From Auanema rhodensis (taxonomy: Eukaryota > Animalia > Nematoda): a DNA stretch of 64,000 bases. The notes under the pieces are model-generated. The model did no database searches and was not told the origin of the DNA. It was given only the letters and a program-made list of their open reading frames with translations. The stretch covers positions 14,818,001 through 14,882,000 of the forward strand of contig OZ059895.1 of NCBI GenBank assembly GCA_964057225.1. Direction: 5' to 3'. The translations under genes and the position numbers were made by a program. Position 1 is the first letter of the stretch, and the number at the start of each line of letters is the position of its first letter. Below are positions 1-13,174 of this stretch, one piece after another.

Positions 1-286
1 TTTAAACTAAAACTAAGCACTTGCCAATCTAATGTTTCTTGTTTAACTCAAGCATCAAAGTTTAAAAAAATTCACAAAACGTTATATGGTTCAATTACAC
101 CTGACTTCTACTCAAATTTCTTGGTTTCGATCTTCTAATATTAAAGAAAAGTGTGAAATTTCCATATTTCTCACATCTTTCAATGTTCTAAATGGTTTTT
201 TTGTTGGTCGTTCTGTTTCCAGGATAGCTTTTGAAGTCACATGAATATTATGTATTTCTCATTTTTTTCCATTCTCTCCTTGTCTC

Positions 287-290
<4 letters not shown>

Positions 291-325
<35 letters not shown>
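291..325. repeat. (CT)n/(GA)n microsatellite
   Basis: Uninterrupted ctctct run of ~35 nt. Confidence 0.95.
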
Positions 326-328
<3 letters not shown>

Positions 329-1099
329 CTATCTTTTAACCTCTCATAAGTACAACTGCTGACTGAAAGAGATGGCTCAGGATATAACTAGAGGGAGAAG
401 ACACCTAAGCTTCCGCTATTTGATATTCCGTCAACAGCTTGACTTTCATTTAATTTCAATAGTTTCATTCAAAGATGATCCAGAGGGTTGGAAGATCCGG
501 AAACATATCTTTCGAAATGTTTGCCATGTGATATACTATTTATATATATAAATTTTTATAGTATTTTGATTTTTAGACTTGAAAAATCGACGGAAAGCCA
601 TACCTGTGGGGTGCTTGGAGCATCAGCAGCTGGAGAAGAACCGTTGGCAGCACAGTCAGACATGTTTTTGAAGATATTCAGAAGAGGACGAGGCACGTAC
701 AAAGAATTGAACTGATGACTACTGAATTGTCGAGAAAGCCCTATGCTCTTGAAGGCGGAGCTTAGATGGCATGTAGGCGGAGTTAGGCTCGAAACAGAAA
801 ATTTTTTGACAGACAGGCATGAGGTTTTCTGTTCTAAATTCGAGAAAAATCGAAAGTACCAAGTTAAGATCTCTGTTTGGTGTATGAATTATGAATGGAA
901 CATAGGTTTCATGAAAGATTTAAGCTATGTAGATATGCTCCCGCTTGTAAATGCTCAAATTTAAAGTTGTAAGCTGTTCAGAGTTGCCAGATACAAATAC
1001 AAATTTGAAAATTATATTCATTAAATTTATGAAACTTTAATATACAAATATAAATAAATAATTATGTGAACATATATACAAAACAATAGTGACTTTTCC

Positions 1100-4034
1100 T
1101 TATTTCTTTCCCAAATATGGCTTAAGTTCACATTCAAATGTTGATGGATTTGGAGTATATGGATGACAGCAGCATCTACAGACGGATCCTTCAGGTCTAA
1201 AAGGGAAATGTTTAAGTTAATTAAAGCTTACAAGATCAAACCAATGAGCTTTGGCTTAAAGAAAGCTTATTAATGCTTAAAATTTTGGGAAATGAGAATG
1301 ATTGTTGTACTATTTGAAAAAAGAAATTTTCATATCATTACTAAGGACAGAAAAATTCATATAATTCTCAAAAGAGAATAAATATTTCCATTTTTGTTAA
1401 CGGAATTACCAAAAGTAGAAGGTCATTGATGCTTCATGCTTAATTAGCTGAGAGAACGAGGGTCTTATGAGGGCAGAAAGAAAGGCAAATGCCCTTAGGC
1501 TTGCGAAAACGAAATTTCATGTGTCTGGTATTGTGTATGATGACCCTTCAGAATTTTTTTTATGGTTTCCTAAGCTAATTTATTAATCAACTAGATGGTA
1601 TTTGTCTTTTGAGAATTACTTGTTACCCCCCTTCCTCCCCACTTTCCCTCTCTATTTCTCTCATATTCTCAAACGCTATTTAATTGGCTGATTATATGGA
1701 GTTGCTGGGACAGAGTAATTTAGTTTTTATAATAGATGAAACGGTTTTTCATTTGTTTTTTAATCTTTGCTTTAGGTTTCATGAACTATTTATTTCCTTT
1801 TCTCTTTATTATTTTTGGATAATTTGTATTCAGTATCAGCAGATGGCCCTTCATCTTTATTGAAAAATCCGGGGGGGGCAAGATAGTCATGAAAACGTCG
1901 TGAATGAAAATAAGAAGCTCGAAAAGACGTATGTGAAGAAGCAAAAACGATAAATGGGCATATTGAAAGAAGAGTACGATGTTTGACAAATCCTTAGCTT
2001 GTTTCTGGAGAATCGTCCGAATGATTTTGAAAGAGGCTGAGAATTGGAATTGGTCCATATACCCAAATGTCTTTTTTGTTCAACAAAATCAATGAGATAT
2101 CGTTTTTTGTCCTTTTTTTCAAGATTGACAAACCAATAAGGCTCTTCGGAAGGACCCATAAGGAGCGATGATCCATAAGGCTGCTAAGTTTGAGGAGAAA
2201 AGAGAAAGGCGTATAGAATGAACAAAAAAAGTCTCTCTCTCTCTCTTGCTCTATCTCTTTTAAGTTCGAGCACGACAAAACCAAACGGAGAAACACAAAT
2301 TAATTGAATGGCCAAACAAGGCTTTACCCTTTGGCTTGTTCCAACAATCCAACTACCAGCTATTCAACACAAACGACTGCAGTTTTCATTTTTTTCAAGA
2401 AAATATAAAGAGAATAGCAGACAGTATAGTGTATTTTCCCTATTTCTTTGAATTCACGAAAGACTGACGATAAAAGAATTTGGACAAACCTATGTTCTGG
2501 AACGCAAGTCAAATAATCTAATCCATCAACAATAGCTTGCATGCTTTCGGTAACATTGGGAAGCTTGATAGCAGCATTTGGCCATAACTTGCAATCTGGC
2601 ATGAATTTAGAAACACAAGCCTAAACATAATAATAGTAGTTTGTGATAAGTGAATTGAAAACTTCTTACTTTGTTCTGATCAACTCCATGACATTTGCGT
2701 TCAGCGACGAACAATGGATTAATCACAGATACATCTCCTCTGAAAATGTAAATCGGTTTATTTACTTCAAGCTTATATAGCTTATTATATTCATTTAGAT
2801 AATAGTACCTGCGATGGCAAGATCTTCCACAACTTTGCTGATAGGAGCACTCTCCACATTGTTCTTCACTAACAGTAACGTCACGAAGATAATTATAGAA
2901 GTTATTAAAAGCCTAAAATATTTATTCTTTTCTTTTATTTAAATTTTTTTTAAATATTCTTTTTAAATGTTTAAAACAATAACCAAATTGTTATCTAATC
3001 AATGAATATGTGCAAAAAATTTTTTTAGCTTTTATTATAATCTTCTTGTCATATCCCGTGAAAATCACGTGACAATAGTTCATCATACCCACGCCAGTGA
3101 TGTGAGAGTTTTCATTTGAAATAATTTTTTTTGTGGACTGGTTGCGTACATGTTTTATTTTCTCATTATGTCTTTTGTAGCATTTCTATTTGTGGTTATT
3201 TTTGTTGTATTCGCGTTGTTTCGGCTAGCTCAATTTCATAAATAGCCAAATGGTTGGAAATGGCTTTTGTTATTCTTGTTATCTTGAGATCAAACAGTTT
3301 GCGATGTCCCGTTTTTTCGTTTAAACCCTTGAATGGTTTAATCTGAATAAGGTCAGAGTACTAGAAGGTGTGTTTCCAGAGATGAAATAAGGTGATAAGA
3401 TGGATCATATCGTAAGTGGCGGAAAATCATTGTTCTAAAGCAACAAGACAAATCCGATTATTGAAAAATCGTTTTGAGAAATCTCACATAGACATTTTTC
3501 ATCTAGCAATCGAAAATGAAAATCCGTTTTGTTTAAAAGTGAGAAAAGAATAAAGGGATACCTACTTTTCTTTTTGACCTTTTTGCTTGCAAAATGTTGA
3601 TTAGTCATTGTGTATTTAAAATTAGAGGGGGTTAAGGCAACCGTTTTTGTAATACTTGTGAATTTAAAAAACTGTAAAAAAATGTTAAGAACACTTACGA
3701 CTCCCCAGCGATCACTTAAGAGTCTGAAGAATACATGTTGCCGACAACCTTTTCTTCCTGGAAGGAGTTGATCGAAGTAGCTTCGTTGCCATCTACAGTT
3801 TAACTTTTGTTTTTATCTTTGAAATATTTTGTGTTACCTGGGCTCCTTTCCCTTCAACCAGACGCAAGGACCCCATTCTGACCAGTTTTCACAGTTTTGT
3901 GCTTGAATTGGATTTCCAAACATTGCACTTATTTGTGCCGCTGAGATATACTTAATATTCTAAAGGCATGTTGAATTATTCGTACCTGCGAAGGTAATAG
4001 AGCCAATTAGACATAAGATAGTGAGAGTCTTCAT
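1100..4034 (-). CDS. Secreted Cys-rich nematode protein, ~215 aa, 7 exons
   Basis: Exons splice in frame to MKTLTILCLIGSITFAAAQ (signal peptide)...CENWSEWGPCVWLKG...QCGECSYQQSCGRSCHRR...MPDCKLWPN...EGSVCRCCCHPYTPNPSTFECELKPYLGKK*. GT-AG boundaries; TSP1-like WSEWGPC motif. Confidence 0.85.
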
Positions 4035-4498
4035 TTTCCTGAAAATATATTTAGTGAAGTTTAATGTAAGATATATTAAGAAAAAGTATAGTAAGCTAAA
4101 AGGACAATCTGGTGAAATTTTAGAACTGTCCATTTGTGGATAAATAAAATAGACAGACTGATGGGATAGGTGAGAGAGGCCCCGATTTGTATCAGGTTAT
4201 GGAAGAAGATCCTGCTGTTCATCATAAAAACTCTGATCCACGATCCGGATCACTAACGTTTCTCTATCACCCCAATCCCGATTGAACACTGAAGCATGAA
4301 GCTGTTTTTTTTAATTTGATCGTAAGAATCTTTACCCTGTTACAAAGATGAAAATCTTAAATATTTCGAAATATTTATTTTTAAATTTTTCAATGTTACC
4401 AATAACAACAACAATAAAAACAATCGCCATTTGCTACATACACGTAGTTGAAATCTTTCTATGATTTTCGTTTTTAAATCTTCCAGTACGATTAAATA

Positions 4499-5557
4499 TC
4501 ACAATTCCACATGAAACACTTTGTAATGGTGATTTATGCTTGGTTCTAAATGTAGCTGCCAATGTCCTTAAGATATGGTAATTACAACGATTAATTCGGA
4601 AGATCATACCTTTAGCTAAAGTCCCACGGGAATTTTCTTTCATAAAAAATACGCGATGAGCTCGTGAATGGACCAAAGCCATTGCACACATGGCACAGGG
4701 CTCACATCTCAAAAACACATCACAGCCTGTAGCCAGATAATCGTTTTCTTTCCTTTCCATTTTAGACAACATTTCAACCATCTTCATAACAGGATGAGAT
4801 AGTAGTTGTTCTCCCAATGATCCACGTGCTAGCTCTTGCTCTTCCTTCAATTTGTATAAAATAATTGCTTCTACTTGTTTATCTATCTTACCTGAATAAC
4901 TATGCAACCTACTTCATCAGCAAGCTGAGCCCATTTTTTCACATAATTTAACTTATCATCTGAGAAATATTCTCCTAGTATTAAATCTTCAATTTCCTTA
5001 ATGACTACAGATAATTCGTTTTCAAGAAAATTGTAAAAATACCTTATTAGGATGAAAAGATGTTGACCAATGTTGTTTAGCCCATTCAAACTGTCTTCGA
5101 GTAATAGGCTTCAATTTGGGTACAGAAGCTATCTTTGATATATTTTGTCTATAGCTTTTAATAATATTTTTCTCACCTCAATTTTTATGCTCGATGATAA
5201 TGCTAAAATTGACTCTCTAAGCTCACTATCTAATTCTTTTGCAGCTGATTTAATCAGAATTCGTCCTGCTTTGTCTACTCGTTTCAAATGGCTAAACGAA
5301 TCCTCGATTTCAGGAACAATCTTTAACACCTTGCCAATATCTCGCTTGTCTCCTAAGCTTACAACATAAAATTGCTCCAAAGGAGTTTCTATTCTCTCCA
5401 AATCATTGTGTAGTATTGGAGTAACTCTAATTATTTTATTTTTGTTTAAATCTTTGGTGATAAGTAATACTAACCTACAAATAACTGAATTATCTAACCG
5501 AGGAACTTTGGCTTTTGGTGATCCTTCGACAACATCGATTGTGGCCAAACGAGTCAT
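4499..5557 (-). CDS. ADAT3: tRNA adenosine-34 deaminase non-catalytic subunit (ADAT3/Tad3)
   Basis: FSHLKRV, HPVMKMV (pseudo-catalytic HxV), YLATGCDVFLRCEPCAMCAMALVHSRAHRVFF, and terminal LHLEPSINHHYKVF. Confidence 0.93.
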
Positions 5558-6152
5558 ATGTCCTTCTTGTATCTAGCTTTTAGAATTCTTTATACGGTGA
5601 TTAATAGTTAGTTCACGTTTGTCCTTAAGCAAGCATTTCAAAATATGCATATAATAGTTTAAATTAACTATACATATACATTAATTTATCATTAATTAAG
5701 TTTAGCCCGCGGTGAGACTATTTTGGGGTTTAAGACTAACTGAGTATTTAACAGAGCGCATTGAGTCAGATACGCAGCCAAAGCTAGTGCGGCAATGACG
5801 TCATTAGAGTTCTTATGTTTTTGATGATTTTTGTTGTTTAAAAAATGGTAAATGATTTCATATATGAAAAAAAAATTATATTCATAGATATTCAAAAAGG
5901 AGAAAAAAATAATCATCAATGTGCTTTATATATGAGACATTTATTCAAAGTTTAAATTTAAATCTCATGATCTTATTCTATGCAATGTTTGTTTCATAAT
6001 ATTTATGCATTTATGAGAGAATCGTAAAAACCCATGTCTTGATTTTTTTATGATTTTCGTATCTTCCGAAATCTACCACCTTGTTAGGATTAACTTTCAT
6101 TTGGAAATTAACTATTTAAACATTATCGTCTAGGTTATATTGGCACCCAGCC

Positions 6153-9100
6153 ATGGGTGATGTTAATGGGGGACTAGATTCTCCTGTCAGTGTTCACGCT
6201 AATGAATCAAACAGCCCACAGCCAAGTTCGAAAGAGGGTGATAGCGAAAAATATGACATCTTCAGGTTTTATTATAACATATAAAAATTAAAACTCTGGG
6301 AATTATTTAGATCTAACACCTCAAGCCCTCTATTGGGAACAGACACCTTACCGCAAGATGACCAAGCACATTGTTCTTATTGTCGCAAGGATTTTCGAAA
6401 GGTTTTGATTGGAAGTTGTGTACAAATAATGCAATTTTGATCGTTTTAGCCACGTGTGCTAGACTGTCTTCATTCTATGTGTGAAGATTGTATTATTGCT
6501 CAGTTAGATGGGAGAAAAGAAGTGCAGAAAGCACAAGAGCTTGCTTCCAGAAAATCTACAGACTGTGAATTAGAAGCTCCAAAAGGTATTACTATTTGTA
6601 TTTCCTATTATATTTTTAAATTAAAGTTCGTGAGAGACCTACTCCTCCGGGTGTTATTCGCTGTCCTATTTGTTTTCAAGAATCGCATGTTGGTAACGAT
6701 GTTCGTTATGTTTATATAATGTTATTAGATTATGTAAGTTTTTTAAAATTATTTTTTTTGAATTATTTCAATAAATCCAGGCTCGAATTAGCGAAAATGA
6801 AGAAGCACATGAAGAAAGAAGATGTCGCACCTGTAAAAATGAACAGGTGGCTGTTGCCTTCTGTAAACAATGTCAAGCCGATCTCTGTTCTAATTGCCTC
6901 CAGGCACATGGTGTGATGAATTTGTTCGATGGACATGAAGCTTTGAGTTATGCTGAACTTGAAAATAAGGGAGAAGGAATGGACGATAGACCAGTGCTTT
7001 GTCCAAGTCATCATATTCCCTTCCAAGTTTTATGCGCAACATGTGAAACGTTGGCCTGTAAAAGCTGCTTAGATATGGAGCATATAAACCACAAGGTAAA
7101 CCACGCAATGTTTACTTCGTTTTATTTTTCTCATTTTCTAATTATATAGGTTATTGAAGTTAACGGGAGAGTAGTAAAAGCAATTCAGCATGAAATTAAA
7201 ATGTTAGCAGCATCTGTAGAATCAAAAGTATGTCTAAGATTTAATATTTGATTTTAATCATTATTTGTATGTAGTTTCAAAAGTCAATGAATGATTGGAG
7301 TTCTCTACCGGATCGATCAGCTACATTAAATGATCAGTTTGAAATTGCGAAGGCTCGTCTGGAACAAACTTTCGATGATTTAGCAAAAGCGCTTGAAGAA
7401 GCGAAGGCTGCAAAGGTAAAGTTTTCTTTTCATTTCTAATTTTCAAAAAAAAAATGTTTAGCTGAATGAGTTAGAAGAAGCTCGTCAGAAACAAGAACAC
7501 AGTATCGAAGATTTATATAGGAAGATCAATCTTAATGAGTCTAGAGTTAATGATGCTTTAAGGTAGTTATTTGACTTTTTTTTTCTTTTTAATTATTCGT
7601 TATAGTTTCACCCATCGTTTGCTGGAAAAGGCTAATGGAATGGAATTGGTTGCCAGTAGAAGAAAAGTTGTGCAACAATTGAGTAATCTTTCGCATACCA
7701 TGCCCGCTTTAGGAATTCAGGTTTGTTTTCCTTTTCTCAAGTTTTTATTGTTTTTGTATCAGGTTGAACTGGAATATCAACCTCTTTCAAAGAAACAAAT
7801 CGAAGCACAAATTGCTGCTTTAAGCGGAGGAGTTGTTGGTAAGATTCAGAAATACAGTTATTGCTCTTATTCTTTTATTATTAGGTATAATGGTTTCAGC
7901 TTCTGTTAAAGAACAGGCACCTGCTCCCGTAGATCGTACACGTTCTGCCCAAGAAGCGTTTTGGCCTCGCTCAGTAGTTGCAAATGGTCAGACTCCCGTT
8001 CCCAACCTTGGAGCTATTGGTACAGAAAGAAAGAAAACGTGAGTTTTTTTTGAGAAATTCAAAATCTAGTTGTTAATTTTAAGAATGCGCAGTTCATCAG
8101 AGGCTTACAGCAATTGGCCTCCCTGCAGCAATCCACCCGATCTTAATGCTCCATCTCCTCCTTCGAGTGCTCAACCGTTGATTCAGAAAGAGTTGCTTAC
8201 CCCAATTCCTTTACCACCTTCTGTTCGTTCTTCTGGAAGTCTCGGTGGAACATCACCATCCGTGAATTCCATATACAATAACTATCAATGGCCTCCTGCT
8301 TCTAATCCTACCTCCGCTTTAGATATGAGCTATAATAACGCTCAGCTTCGTCAGAAGGTTTGATATTATATTTATCAAATAGTTTTTCAACAATGTCTTT
8401 AACAGGTTGCTGCTTTGATAATGCAGATGCCCCAAAATGGAGGCGCTAGTAGTAATAGCAACATTTCGATGCAAGCTCGAATGAATTTCGGAGGTCATCA
8501 CATAGATCCACAGCTTCTAGGAGGACTTACCAATCTTTCTATAGGAAATTTAACTACAGATGGACCAGGAATGGGACAAAGGACTTCACCTCAAGATTCC
8601 GCTCGTGTTCCAGAATTGAAAATCCACAGGTAATTACTGTATGAGTGACCTTTTGATATATTTTATTTCATTTTAGTGTCTTTGGAACAAGCAATCAAGG
8701 AACATCAATTCGTGAATTGCATTGTCCTTCGGGATTCTGTCTCTCAGATACTGACGATATTCTAATTGCGGATACCAATAACCATCGCATTGTTGTGTGC
8801 GGACCGCCATGTCCTTGGAAGATTGGAAGACCTGGAACCGTAAGTTCCAATTTAAAATTCAAGTCATTAACTGAATTCTTGCAGGAGGATGGCATGTTAT
8901 GCTTCCCTCGTAAAGTGGTTGCTTTAAAAGGAGAAAAGCCTCGTTATTGTGTTCTCGATAAAGGTTCTGATGGAAAAACTCGAGCTCAAATTTTTGATGG
9001 AAAGGGTGAATTCATGAAGAGAGTGAGCATGACTGTCTTGGTGCCACGTGGTGGCATTGATGTCTCTGCAGTTACATGTGCTGCAAGCGGAAATTTGATT

Positions 9101-9736
9101 ATAGTTGATACCGGCTGTATAGTTTTTGAAATAGGTCAGTTTTTACTTCTACAAATATTCACTTATTTTATTTTCTAGATATTGATGCTCCTCGTATTGT
9201 TCATTGGTTTGATGCTTCGGCAAATCTGGGCGAAGCTAGTGATGTGGCTTGGTACGAAAACCACATCTACATTACCGACTTCAAACATCATTGTGTTCAA
9301 ATATATGATATGGAAGGTACAATTTATAGTATACACTTCTTTTTCATAACTTCTTGTTCAGGTCGCTTTATTCGAAAACTTGGCGAACCATCTCAAACAC
9401 CTTATCCTATAGGAATCGATATTTCAAAGGTTTGTTTTCTATATTTTTGATCAATTTATAAACTACTATATATTCAGAAAGGAGAAGTGCTCGTAGCTGA
9501 TACTCATGGAAATCATCTCCACGTTGTTGTCTTTAATGCTGAAGGTAGTCTTGTTCAATCATTCACTCACAATGAGTTCCGAGTAAGTTTGAATCTTACT
9601 AATACTATTAAACATTCACTTATTACAGCTTTCTCGATGTGTTGGTCTTCGTGTAGCCGGAAGTGGTCACGTTGTAACTTTATGCAAGCACAACCATACG
9701 CTATTTGTCTTCAAACCCCTATATATAAGTCGCTAA
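6153..9736 (+). CDS. nhl-2: TRIM-NHL protein (RING, B-boxes, coiled coil, NHL repeats), NHL-2 ortholog
   Basis: RING CSYC...LDCLHSMCEDC; B-boxes CKQCQADLCSNCLQAH and CPSHH..CATCETLACKSCLDMEH; NHL repeats ELHCPSGFCLSDTDDILIADTNNHR, FPRKVVAL, YITDFKHHCVQ, VLVADTHGNHLHVVVF, close to remembered C. elegans NHL-2. Confidence 0.92.
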
Positions 9737-11100
9737 GTTTATCATATTCTATATCCGTTCTGTATATCCGGTTTTTTTTAAATTTTTTTACTTACCTTTG
9801 CACTTTCACCATAGATATTCTACGTTTATGCCTCCATTTTATATTGGCACATTTCATATTTTATATCATTTACCTTTGTAGTTAGCTCTTTACGCCCTTT
9901 CCTTCATCTGTCTTCCTTTTTTTCAGTTTAGGACTAGAATTTGCTCAGTCTATATTCGCTAGCGTGTTGATCTCTCATTCACGTGTTGTCCGTGACCGAT
10001 ACGGGTAGGGTTTCGTTCGAGTCTGCTTTTAAGTTCTGCGAACGTTTCCCGTAATTGTAGAGGAGTGATATGCCCTTCGGCAATCTATGCTCTATAGCTT
10101 TACTATGTGTGATTCTGTTCCTCATTTTATGCAAGTTTAACCCCTTTTTTCGAGTTTTTAGTGTTGTATATTAGGTGGGTTCTGGAAACTATCAAATTTG
10201 TTTATCCATACATGACATTTTTTTTTGTCGTCCTGTTTAATTTTTTTTTCATTTTCTAGTTACCTAAACGCGATACTGGTTGCTCATTTTAACGATACGT
10301 GATAGGGGATGTAGAGAGCATCACTTATTCACTTTCGTTCTTATAATCCCTTTTCGACTGGTTAAATTTCTTTCATTGTTATCTATATAATAGGCCCATT
10401 TATTCGGGCATGTTTGAAGCTCCGATTGCTCTTGAAAATATATTTTGAGAACGGAGCAGTAGCTTTTAGCTTTTGTTGGCCATTTATTATGTTTTATTTT
10501 ATCTTTTCCCCATACTTGTTGCCCATGTTTTATTCGTCACCGGTGTATGGGCAAATTTCATTGTTCCCTAAATTGTTGCCTGAAGATAGTGCGCCCCATA
10601 TAGTTTTTTTGCCCCTTAGCCATATTGTATGGTAGGAATTCGAGGATGTTCTTTTTTTTGTTGTTATATTCCCGACACATTCCCCTTATATTTTATCCGA
10701 TGTTTGGTGCTTGTTGTAGTCGTTATAATCCAGTTGTACATCATTTAGAGTATTTTCTTCTCATATATCCACTTATTTCTTTCAAACTTTATATACACAT
10801 ATATATATTTTTTTAAAATATTAGTTTACGAGATTATTCTATAGTTTTTAGTTCTCCGTTTCTTTTGTGAAACATTGAAACATAATTGTATTCAATTTTT
10901 TTTGTTGTTTGCTATGTACTCTACGCTTCGTTTCATATAATACTCTTGTTTCCTTTTTCACGTAATTGTGTTGATTACATTATTATTATTAGTTTACTCA
11001 AACTAACCTGTTCAATTTTCTAGCATTCTTTTTTTTGTAAGATTGTTTTATGTTTCTTATATTCATTTATTGGGTTTTTTTTATATATTCAATAAACTGT
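9737..11100 (+). promoter_or_regulatory. Long U-rich 3'UTR of nhl-2 (~1.36 kb) ending near AATAAA at 11091
   Basis: T-rich, no credible exons, AATAAA ~110 nt before the orc-4 acceptor/ATG. Confidence 0.65.
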
Positions 11101-11201
11101 AGTGGGATTTTATAAAATTTCATTCAATTTCATAGGTTTTTTTAACCGTTCATTACTCGTTCTGTTCTATCCCAGTTTCTTTTTTCTATTCAAATATTAA
11201 G

Positions 11202-12738
11202 ATGGAGATCGATTCATATTATGATTCTATTGATGCTAGTCTTGATCAACTTTATAACAAGATTATTGGCTTAGAATCACAGGAAGAGTTAGTAACCTCT
11301 TCTCGTTTTAGTTGTTCTCTTTAATTTCCAGAGGATTACGAGTTCTTTTCGATAGATGGAGCAAGAGTGGAAAGGGAGAATCATGTATTTTAACCGGGCC
11401 AACTGGGTCTGGACGTAGTTCTCTTGTTAGTAATGTTTTCAAGGATTACATAAGTGAAACGAAGTATTGTAATTATATTTGCGTTGGTTTGTTTGATATT
11501 TGAAGGAAAATTCAAATGAAAACAATTTTAGCTCAGCTAGGTTCAGATGCTACCATTCATGACGCTATAAAAGGAAGCGCGGTTCGTTTTTCAATAGATT
11601 GAAAGCATAGCTATAACCTCTTTTTAGAAAGAGAAAAGAGTAGTAATAATCGAAGATGCTGATGAATTGGCTTCTAGACTCCGGCAAACGCTACTCTTCA
11701 CCATTCTAGATGCAACAAGATCCCATCCTTGGCTTGTCATTTTAATGACAAATCGTCAGGTTTTTGTTGCAAATTTTTGTGCCTTAGATTAAAACTGCTG
11801 TTCAGGATTTCGTTACAGTTTTAGAGAAAAGGGTTCGATCTCGTCTTTCATCAATTAAATTTATTTGTAAAGGACCAAGTACGGCTGAAGCATGTTACAA
11901 GGCTGCTATACAATTTTTAAGCTGCAAGGAAAATTCTGGTTAGCAAATTAGAATCATTTGGAAATATTTAATTTCTGTTTTTCTAGATTGGAACAGTTTT
12001 GTCACGAACATGTTGCAGCAAACTATATATAAGAATGATATTTCTTATTTCTTCCAGGTAATTTTTAGACGATAAACATATTACAATACGAAAATCTATT
12101 TCAGCTTTCGACATCTTACGGAAATTTGAAAAGTTTTATCGCTGTTTTTCTTTCTATTCTCTCAGGAGTTGTAAATATTGAAAAAGAGTTCAAATGGGCT
12201 TGGGATTATGCCTTACAATCAATTTTGCCTCATCGAAATCCTTTATCTAATATTATGAAAGGTTAGTTTCTAATTGATTTATTTCTTAGCTAATTTTCAA
12301 AAACTTTTAAGATCTCTCACTTCGATCTATTTGTGTTTTACTTTGTATTTACCGTAGATTAAAGGTATCACCTAATGGAAGTATCTCATATCGCAAAGTT
12401 TCAACTGGTACAGTTTTAAGCTTTTGAAGCTCCTTTGAATGATGATCATTTCAGATTACAAGCATCTATGTTCAAGCGCTGATCGTAGAATGAGTGTTTC
12501 TAATGACGACATCATCTATAAAGAAATTGACCGTCTCGTACATTTAGGGCTTTGTGATGCTACTAAAAAACATAACAACATATCATTCAGGTATTTATTT
12601 GTTTTTCCGACAACTATAATTCCTATTTTCAGACGTGTATCTCTACACATTGATTTGGAAGCTCTTAACGACAGTCTCAAAGATTTGAGCATTCCATCGT
12701 ATATTCGTGAATGGAGTAAAACAATTGCTGAGCGTTAA
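11202..12738 (+). CDS. orc-4: Origin recognition complex subunit 4
   Basis: AAA+ P-loop ILTGPTGSGRS, SRLRQTLLFTILD, ORC4 arginine-finger signature LEKRVRSRLS, C-terminal winged-helix-like region; multi-exon. Confidence 0.85.
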
Positions 12739-13174
12739 ACAATTACTGTTTTAAAACTTAAATAACTTGACCTTAAACTTTATGTCTTCTGATCTCCTCT
12801 CATATCATGTACATGCAATGTTGAATTCAATTTTTTTATTACTTAAATAAAACTTCGAGATCTCACCTGGATTCTAGCAACAGTTGAAACAGTCATAAAC
12901 TTTCATTTTTAAGTTAAGCCTTCTATAACTCCGCAAGCCTGGATGTCCATGTCTGATAAGACGAATAGTTGATAGGAAGAAGTTTATTAATAACCTAGTG
13001 AAAAGATAAAGTAATAATAATACAATACGATAATTGTATTTTGATGAAAATGAGGAAGAAGACACTAAATTCAAGAACATAGATACATATATGAATCTTT
13101 TGGAAATTAGTTCAGAAAATAATACAAAGTTCATGGCAAACAGGGAAAATAGAATAATCATAAACAAAACTGAA

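Noticed and set aside
372-964. Short plus-strand ORFs at the window start
   Set aside because: Could not be joined into a consistent spliced frame or matched to a known motif.
4780-4800. Missing catalytic Glu (HPV) in the deaminase as a novelty or pseudogene sign
   Set aside because: Normal for ADAT3/Tad3.
10414-10816. Hydrophobic ORFs downstream of nhl-2
   Set aside because: Phe/Leu richness reflects the U-rich 3'UTR; non-ATG starts and no splice structure.
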